A stretch of DNA of 64,000 nt from an uncultured delta proteobacterium (GTDB lineage Bacteria; Myxococcota; Myxococcia; Myxococcales; Myxococcaceae): the NCBI GenBank assembly GCA_963771175.1, contig CAVYSY010000050.1:1-64000 (forward strand), given 5' to 3'. A program made the translations under genes and the position numbers. Shown here in pieces: positions 57,381 to 64,000 of the stretch. Below the pieces are notes generated by a model. It was given only the letters and a program-made list of their open reading frames with translations. It was not told where the DNA came from and searched no databases. Position 1 is the stretch's first letter. Each line of letters starts with the position of its first letter.

Positions 57381-59228
57381 GTGCCTGTGCGTTTCGCCTC
57401 GCGATTGATGCTCGTGCTCGCCCTGGTGGGGGTGGTGCCCGTCCTGTTGCTCGGCGGGGTGTCCTTCCGCGCCAACCGGGATGAACTTCATCACCTGGTG
57501 GGTGGGCTCCAGACCCAGTCCGCCACGGAGCTCGCGCGCGCCTGCAATCAGCTCGTCCTCATGGGCGTGGACAACCTCCGCGCGGCCTCCGAGTACCTCC
57601 CGCTCGAGCGCCTCGAGCCCCAGGAGGCCTCCTCCGTGCTGAGCATCCCCATGAGCCAGCTCGCGGCCCTCAACCTGCTCGTGCTGGTGGACGCGCAGGG
57701 CCGCGCCGTCGCCCCGGCCGTCTTCTCCCCCAAGGCCAGCGGCAACCGGCAGCGCGTCACCGAGGACTCGCTGGCCCTCTTCTCGCGCCAGGCACCCGTG
57801 CGGGCCGCCCTGTCCACCGGCGCGGCCATCGGCCCCCCGTACCGCACGTCCGAGGCAGCCGGTGGCCGGGTGGCGCTCGCGGTGCGCGTGGGGGAGAAAG
57901 CCTCCCGCCTCCTATTGGCGGAGCTGTCGCTCGCCGAGCTGGGTCGCCGCGTGGAGGAGCTGTCCAGGGAGGGCGGGCTGGCCTTCGTGGTGGACCACCA
58001 GGGCGAGCCCGTGGCCCACACCGGGGCGGGTGCCAGGCTGAGCGACGAGGAGCGCGGGCTGGTGGCCGAGGGACTCTCACTCGGCACGCCGGTGGTGCGC
58101 ACCGTGCGCGGCGTGGACGGCGTCGAGTACCTCGCCGCCTTCGCTCCCGTGCCGGATCTCGGCTGGGGCGCGGTGGTGGGGCGCAGGGCGAGCCAGGCCT
58201 TCGCTCCGGCCGAGCACGTCCGGCGCTACACCTTCTTCTGGGCGGTGGTGGCGCTGGTGGCCACCGGGGTGCTCGGGCTCGTGCTCTCCCGGGGCGTGGG
58301 TCGGCCCGTCGCCCAGCTCTCCGCGGGCGTGGCCGCGCTCGCCGAGGGGCGCTACGACCAGCGCGTCCCCGAGGGGAGTCGGGACGAGCTCGGTCTTCTC
58401 GCCCGGTCCTTCAACCGCATGGCCGACGAGCTGCAGCGGCGCGAGGCCGAGCTGCGGGGCTGGAGCGAGGAGCTGCGGCAGCGCGTGGACGAGCGGACCC
58501 GTCAGCTCCGCGAGGCGCAGGATCAGATCGCCCGCACCCGGCGGCTGGCGGCACTCGGCTCGCTCAGCGCGGGCATCGCGCACGAGCTCAACAACCCGCT
58601 CACCGGCATCCTCGGGCTGCTGTCGCTGTCCTCCGAGGAGGTGCCCGCCGACTCGCCCCTGGGCCAGAGCATGAGGATGGCGCTCGAGCAGGCCCGCCGC
58701 ATGGCGCGCATCATCCGGGAGCTGCGGCAGATGGCGGAGCAGGAGCGCGGGGGAGCGGGCCGTCCGCTGGAGCTGGCCCTGCCGGTGCGTGCGGCGATCC
58801 AGGAGGTACGCGAGGAGCTCCAGACGCGCGGGGTCTCGCTGACCTGTGAGCTGTCCGAGCAGGTTCCGAAGGTGCTGGGACATGCGGACCAGCTCCAGAA
58901 GGTGGTGGCGAACCTGTTGCAGAACGCCGTCACCGCCATGCCGGGGGGAGGCTCGCTCACCGTGGGGCTCACGGCGGTGGAGAGCGACGCGGTGTGCCTG
59001 TCGGTGAAGGACACCGGTAAGGGCATCCCCGAGTCGCTGCGCGAGCGCATCTTCGACCCTTTCTTCACCACCAAGGACGAGCCCGGACGTGTGGGGCTGG
59101 GGCTGTCGGTGGCGCATCGCATCGTCGAGGCCCACCACGGGCGCATCCGGCTGGAGAGCGCCGAGGGGCAGGGCACCACCATCACCATCATCCTTCCCGC
59201 GGTCGGCGGGGAGGCGCACCTCTCGTGA
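57381..59228 (+). CDS. Sensor histidine kinase (Cache + HAMP)
   Basis: Two TM helices, HAMP (RDELGLLARSFNRMA), AHELNNPL, NLLQNA, DTGKGI, FDPFFTTK. Confidence 0.92.
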   Translation: MPVRFASRLMLVLALVGVVPVLLLGGVSFRANRDELHHLVGGLQTQSATELARACNQLVLMGVDNLRAASEYLPLERLEPQEASSVLSIPMSQLAALNLLVLVDAQGRAVAPAVFSPKASGNRQRVTEDSLALFSRQAPVRAALSTGAAIGPPYRTSEAAGGRVALAVRVGEKASRLLLAELSLAELGRRVEELSREGGLAFVVDHQGEPVAHTGAGARLSDEERGLVAEGLSLGTPVVRTVRGVDGVEYLAAFAPVPDLGWGAVVGRRASQAFAPAEHVRRYTFFWAVVALVATGVLGLVLSRGVGRPVAQLSAGVAALAEGRYDQRVPEGSRDELGLLARSFNRMADELQRREAELRGWSEELRQRVDERTRQLREAQDQIARTRRLAALGSLSAGIAHELNNPLTGILGLLSLSSEEVPADSPLGQSMRMALEQARRMARIIRELRQMAEQERGGAGRPLELALPVRAAIQEVREELQTRGVSLTCELSEQVPKVLGHADQLQKVVANLLQNAVTAMPGGGSLTVGLTAVESDAVCLSVKDTGKGIPESLRERIFDPFFTTKDEPGRVGLGLSVAHRIVEAHHGRIRLESAEGQGTTITIILPAVGGEAHLS

Positions 59229-59307
59229 GTCAAGGGGGGAGGAAGGAGCTCTTCATGTGGACGGAGCAGGACACAGGAGCGGAGTGGGCAAGCGAGGAGG
59301 GCCGGTC

Positions 59308-60267
59308 GTGAGCTCCTCGCGTGACACGCTCGGACGGTCGCTGGCGCTCGGGCTGGGCCTGGTTGTGCTTCTCTCACTGGGTGGTTGGTTCGTCTTCGAG
59401 CGTTTCGTGGTGACCTCCCGGCCCGCCGTGGTCGCCGTCGAGGCTTCGCCGCCGGAGGTCCGGCCCGCGCCGGTCGTGGTGTCGGACGTGCGCGCCACGG
59501 TCGTCGAGGTGGTGGGCCTGGTGGAGCGGACCCGCGGCGAGAAGTGGGTGGAGCTGCACGTGGGCGACGCGCTGGAACTGGACGACTCCGTGCGTACCGG
59601 CCCGGGCTCCCGGGCGGACCTGCAGGTGGGGGATGAGGCGTCGAGGCTGTCCATCCCCGAGCGCTCCGAGGTGCGGGTGGGCGAGGTGACGCGCGCTGTA
59701 CACGCCTTCCAGCTGTCGCGAGGCCGCATCGACGTGGACTACGGCGCGCGGGAGGACCGGGTGCTGCGCGTGCGGAGTGAGAACGGCACGGTGGTCGAGA
59801 CGCGGGAGGCGCGCTTCACCATGCTCCACAATGGGGCCATGGTGGCGGTGGCCACCCATGTGGGCTCGGTGCTCCTGTCGTCCGGGGGAGGCTCCGTCCA
59901 GGTGGGCGCCGGACATCAGTCGGTGGTGTTCGATGGCGCGAAGCCGATGGCCGCCGAGCCCATCCCGCTGAAGGTGCTGCTGAAGGTCGCCGCGAAGGCC
60001 TCTTCCAATAGCGCCCTGTGCCTCTCCCTCTCCGGGAAGGTGCGCCCGGGGTCTCAGGTGTTCGTGGAGGACGCGCCCACGGAGGTGTCCCGCGATGGCT
60101 CCTTCCATGCGGATGTGCCTCAACGGAAGGGCCTTTCGAAGGTGCGCGTGTTGGCGCGGGAGCCCGGTGGCGGGACACGGGAGATGCTGGTGGCGTGTCG
60201 TCCGCGCGCGCGCGCCAGGCCTTCCCAGGCGGAATCGGTGAAGTTCCGGTGGGAGGAGGGCCCCTGA
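59308..60267 (+). CDS. FecR-domain-like membrane-anchored protein
   Basis: N-terminal TM; GDAL..DDSVRTGPGSRADL; L.RGRI. Confidence 0.7.
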   Translation: MSSSRDTLGRSLALGLGLVVLLSLGGWFVFERFVVTSRPAVVAVEASPPEVRPAPVVVSDVRATVVEVVGLVERTRGEKWVELHVGDALELDDSVRTGPGSRADLQVGDEASRLSIPERSEVRVGEVTRAVHAFQLSRGRIDVDYGAREDRVLRVRSENGTVVETREARFTMLHNGAMVAVATHVGSVLLSSGGGSVQVGAGHQSVVFDGAKPMAAEPIPLKVLLKVAAKASSNSALCLSLSGKVRPGSQVFVEDAPTEVSRDGSFHADVPQRKGLSKVRVLAREPGGGTREMLVACRPRARARPSQAESVKFRWEEGP

Positions 60268-62207
60268 TGTCCTCGCGTCCGTTCCAGCTCGCGTTGCTCC
60301 TGCTGGCGCTGCTGGTGGGCTCCTGGCCTGCCCGGGCGGCGGGAACGGAGGCTCCCCAGGCGAGCGCCGGGGGCGACATCCGCATCCAGTGCGTGCCCGG
60401 GCACGTGCTGCTCGGTACGGATCGCGAGGCGGAGGTGCGCATCGAGCTGGAGCCGTCGGCCACCGGCCTGGAGCTGTTCGTCAGTCGCGGCGAGGTGGGG
60501 CCGCTGACGCAGGTGGCTCCGGGTGTCTTCCGCGCCACCTACGTGCCGCCCCGGCAGAAGCTTCCCCTGGTGGTCATCCTCGCCGCGCAGGCCCGGGGGC
60601 CCCAGGGAGTGCTCGAGGGGTGGACGGCGCTCCCGCTCTGGGCGCAGGGCGAGGCCGAGGTGCGCACCCGGGCCGGAGCGCCCGTCACGCTCCGGGTGGG
60701 CACCCAGATGTTCGGGCCCGTTTCCGCGGACGCGTCCGGCCTCGCGCGCATCCCCGTGGCGGTGCCGCCCGATGTCCATGATGCCTTCTTCGGGAGCAGT
60801 CGGATTGATCTCGGGGTGCCGCCGCAGCCGTTCGTCCATGCGCTGGTGGAGCGCCGGGAGCTCCGGGCCGATCGCGAGGAGTCGGTGACCGTCCGGCTCT
60901 ACTCCGTGACTCCGGAGGGAGGGACGCGGCGCTTGGACACCTTCTCCTTCTCCGCCTCGCGAGGGACCGTGGGCGCGCCGGTGGAGGTAGGACCGGGCGT
61001 GTTCGTCGTGAGGTGGACCGTGCCTCCCGGAGCGCCCGGAACCCTGGAGCTGAAGGGCTCGGTGCCAGGAGAGCGGCGGGCGTCCTTTGGCGTACAGGTG
61101 GAGGCGGTGGCCGGTCCGGCGCAACGCTTCGAGATGCAGGTGGACCGGGAGGAGCTCGTGGCCTCCGAGGAGGCTCGGGTGACGGTGGCGGTCTCCGCTC
61201 GGGACGGCATGGGCAACCCGGCGAAGGTCGGACTGCGGCTCGAATCCGACCTGGGCGAGGGGGTGACGCTCACCGAGCGCCGACCGGGAGAGTACTCCGG
61301 TGTGCTCGGCATCACGCCCGACTTCGGCGGCCGGGAGCGCTTCGAGCTGCGGCTGCTCGCGGAGGGCGGCTCCGCTCCGGTGCTCACCCGGACGGTGGCG
61401 CTCCGGGCCGCCGCTCCTGCTCGGGTGACGGTGGAGCCCTTGCGCTCCTTCGTCATGGCGGATGGTCACTCGGAAGCCTCCTGGCGCATCGCCGTGGCGG
61501 ATCGCTTCGGCAACCCGGTGCCAGAGCCCTCGCCCGAGGCGGTCGCCGCGGATGGGCCGGCGATCACGCTCGTGTCCCGGGAGAGGGGCACGTATGAATT
61601 GCGGTACGTGCCACCCCCGGCGAGCGCGGATCATCTCTCCGAGCTGAACGTGCGGGTGGGGGAGGCGCTCGGCCGAGGTTCCATTCCGCTGCTGCGCCGC
61701 CGCTCCGTGCTGCTGGTGGGGCCACGCGCGGGGATGGTGACGAACTTCGCGGACGTGCTGGCCCCGTCCGTGGGCGCGCGCCTGGAGTGGTGGCCGGCGC
61801 GACTGCTGCCGGACCTGGGGCTGATGCTCGACACCAGCTACCTGCGGCTCTCTCGCACGGGCGGGGCCGCGGTGCCCGGCTTCACGGGACGCGACGAGTG
61901 GCTCGATGGCACCCTGGCCGTGGCGCTGCGTACCCCGCCGAGGTACGGCCTCCAGGGCTGGGTGGCGGCGGGTCCCTCGTTGGTCCGGGTGCGCGGCAGC
62001 TCGCGGCTGGGCGAGGGGCCTCCCTTGGAGGAGGCCGCGTGGGTGTTCGGGGCGCAGGCGGTGGTGGGCGTGGGCCTCCCGCTCGGGCCGGGACAGCCCT
62101 TCCTCGAAGCGAGCTTCCGCTGGTTCGACGATCCGGCCCTCCGCGTGCTGCGGGGCGCACTGCGCGGTGGGGGCCTTCACCTGGGGTATCGCCTTGAGCT
62201 CTTCTGA
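60267..62207 (+). CDS. Secreted Ig-like repeat protein with probable C-terminal beta-barrel
   Basis: Signal peptide; D..GNP Ig-like motifs; ends LHLGYRLELF. Confidence 0.7.
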   Translation: MSSRPFQLALLLLALLVGSWPARAAGTEAPQASAGGDIRIQCVPGHVLLGTDREAEVRIELEPSATGLELFVSRGEVGPLTQVAPGVFRATYVPPRQKLPLVVILAAQARGPQGVLEGWTALPLWAQGEAEVRTRAGAPVTLRVGTQMFGPVSADASGLARIPVAVPPDVHDAFFGSSRIDLGVPPQPFVHALVERRELRADREESVTVRLYSVTPEGGTRRLDTFSFSASRGTVGAPVEVGPGVFVVRWTVPPGAPGTLELKGSVPGERRASFGVQVEAVAGPAQRFEMQVDREELVASEEARVTVAVSARDGMGNPAKVGLRLESDLGEGVTLTERRPGEYSGVLGITPDFGGRERFELRLLAEGGSAPVLTRTVALRAAAPARVTVEPLRSFVMADGHSEASWRIAVADRFGNPVPEPSPEAVAADGPAITLVSRERGTYELRYVPPPASADHLSELNVRVGEALGRGSIPLLRRRSVLLVGPRAGMVTNFADVLAPSVGARLEWWPARLLPDLGLMLDTSYLRLSRTGGAAVPGFTGRDEWLDGTLAVALRTPPRYGLQGWVAAGPSLVRVRGSSRLGEGPPLEEAAWVFGAQAVVGVGLPLGPGQPFLEASFRWFDDPALRVLRGALRGGGLHLGYRLELF

Positions 62208-62214
62208 TCGCGGA

Positions 62215-64000
62215 TTGCGTCGGCTCCTCGTGCTGAGCTCCCTCTGCCTCCTCGGGGCCTCGTGCGCCCGGGGTCAGGGCTCCGAGCACGAGCCCCGACC
62301 CCAGCGCGTGGTGCCGGCCTGGGGAATGAACGCCGAGCCGGTGTCGGTGACCATCGAAGGGGAGAACTTCCTGGCGCTCGCCACCCAGCACATCGGCGGC
62401 CGGGAGCCGATCTCGGTGGACGCACGCTTCGAGGCCTTCCTCGACGAGGTGGCGCTCGAGGACGTCATCCTGGAGGACGCGCGTACGCTGCGCGCCCGGG
62501 TGCCCGTGGGGCTCGGGCCCGGTTGGCACACGCTGTCGCTGGTGGGGCCGCTGGGCCAGCGCGCGGAGCTGCCGCGGGCGTACTTCGCCGCGGAGCGGCC
62601 GCTGGCGACGCTCCAGGCCCGTGCCGCGTTGGAGCAGGAGCAGGTGTCGGTGGGCGAGCGGACGCGGCTGGTGCTGACGGTGGAGAATGTGGGGGGGACG
62701 AACGCGCTTGGTGTCACCCCGGTGCTGAGCCAGGTGGGTGAGGGGAGGGTGGAGCTCGTCTCGGAGCCCGGACCCGTCGATGTCCTCGCGGATGGGAGCG
62801 CGTCCTTCACCTGGGAGCTCGGGGCCACCGCGCCCGGAGACGTTCGCTTCTCCGTGGAGGTCTCGGGCCACGAGTCGGAGGTCGGGGAGGAGCTGCGGGT
62901 GTCGGGCACGGAGGCGGGACCGCTGCGGATACAACCGTCCCCCGGGCTCCTGACGGCGCGCTTCCTCCCGCTGCCCGCGAGCGTCAACCTGTGGCAGCAG
63001 TTCGACGTCGAGCTGGAAGTGACGAACACGGGGGGCTCCACGGTACTCGGGGTGAAACCCGAGGCGCCGACGTCCGAGGGCACGGGGCAGGTGACGTTCG
63101 TGTCCGGGCCGGAGCCGGCGAGCGCGGACATCCCGGCGGGGGGACGCGTGGTGTTCCGTGGGAGTGCCGTCGGCACGGTCGAGGGTCCCTGCACCGTCAG
63201 CGCCGGGGCGGGTGGGGTGGATGAGAGGTATGGGGTCCGTGTGGTGGCGCCGCCCGTCACTTCCTCCATCGTGGACGTGCAGCGGTCCGCGACCCTCTCC
63301 GAGGTGGAGCTGATGCGCACGGATCCCTTCAAGGACGGCTCGGCCTTCGCCCAGGTCTTTCCCTACGGGGGCAGGCTCGTCCTTGGGCCCAACCGAAGCG
63401 GCACCAAGGCGGTGCACGTCGATCCGCTGGGGACGGCGGACAGCGAGTTCTCCTTCTCCTTCCCGAAGGACATGATCAGCAACTCCAGCCAGAACGCGTC
63501 CCCGCCGAGCTATTCCTCCATCGGGGCGACGGGCTGCACGCCCAACACGGCTTCATGCGGCCCGGACAACGAGGACGGCCGCGGCTTCTTCTTCGCCGGT
63601 CGCGTGGGCACGCAGGCGTGGTTGGGCATCGGTGGTGCCCGGAGCAATGGAGACCTGGACTACCTCTACTTCACGCAGGACACCGACAGCGTGCTGGACA
63701 TGCGCTTCGTGGATCTCACGTCCTTCCTCGGGAGCCAGACGAGGGTGTTCTCCTCGGCCCTCTTCTTCCGGGACCGGCTCTACGTCGGCTTCTCGGACAA
63801 CGGGGGCAACCGGCCCTACCTTCTCGTCATCAAGCGACTCCCCATGCTGGCCCCCGGGTACGAGGCCTCCCAGGGGTGGGATGCGGAGGACCTGAAGGCC
63901 GAGAACATGCCCGGCATCGGCCAGGGAGGTACGCCCCCCAACAGGGCCTCCGTGGTGATGATCGACACGCTGATCGCCTTCAATGATCGGCTCTATCTGG
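62215..64000 (+). CDS. Large lipoprotein with IPT/Ig-like domains; truncated by the window edge
   Basis: TTG start, MRRLLVLSSLCLLGASC; VTIEGENF (IPT-like); the frame appears open to the end of the window. Confidence 0.7.
   Translation, partial: MRRLLVLSSLCLLGASCARGQGSEHEPRPQRVVPAWGMNAEPVSVTIEGENFLALATQHIGGREPISVDARFEAFLDEVALEDVILEDARTLRARVPVGLGPGWHTLSLVGPLGQRAELPRAYFAAERPLATLQARAALEQEQVSVGERTRLVLTVENVGGTNALGVTPVLSQVGEGRVELVSEPGPVDVLADGSASFTWELGATAPGDVRFSVEVSGHESEVGEELRVSGTEAGPLRIQPSPGLLTARFLPLPASVNLWQQFDVELEVTNTGGSTVLGVKPEAPTSEGTGQVTFVSGPEPASADIPAGGRVVFRGSAVGTVEGPCTVSAGAGGVDERYGVRVVAPPVTSSIVDVQRSATLSEVELMRTDPFKDGSAFAQVFPYGGRLVLGPNRSGTKAVHVDPLGTADSEFSFSFPKDMISNSSQNASPPSYSSIGATGCTPNTASCGPDNEDGRGFFFAGRVGTQAWLGIGGARSNGDLDYLYFTQDTDSVLDMRFVDLTSFLGSQTRVFSSALFFRDRLYVGFSDNGGNRPYLLVIKRLPMLAPGYEASQGWDAEDLKAENMPGIGQGGTPPNRASVVMIDTLIAFNDRLYL

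Overview
High-GC window that looks myxobacterial (Cystobacterineae-like), inferred from SitA/SitI-type toxins, DUF2378, a MYXO-CTERM tail and a carS relic. All family calls come from motif recognition, not database searches. The strongest candidate for an undescribed system is a compact 8-gene modification cluster (1848-12489). It encodes a PRMT-type methyltransferase with a possible RRE-like N-terminus, two JmjC/cupin dioxygenases, a ZZ-zinc-finger-CmcI methyltransferase fusion, a kinase-fold protein, a membrane M28 peptidase, an MFS exporter and an unknown Cys-motif protein. No NRPS, PKS or precursor peptide is visible. Other points of interest are a sitA3/sitI3-like toxin-immunity cassette, apparently decaying, bracketed by inverted pairs of an 18-bp palindrome (45240-48049); a serpin plus FG-GAP islet bounded by a 27-bp duplication of the dusA 3' end; a carS relic; and a disrupted SitA-type toxin at the left edge. 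The remainder is housekeeping, signalling and metabolic genes. The 14-21 kb block is full of indels that are most likely sequencing errors.
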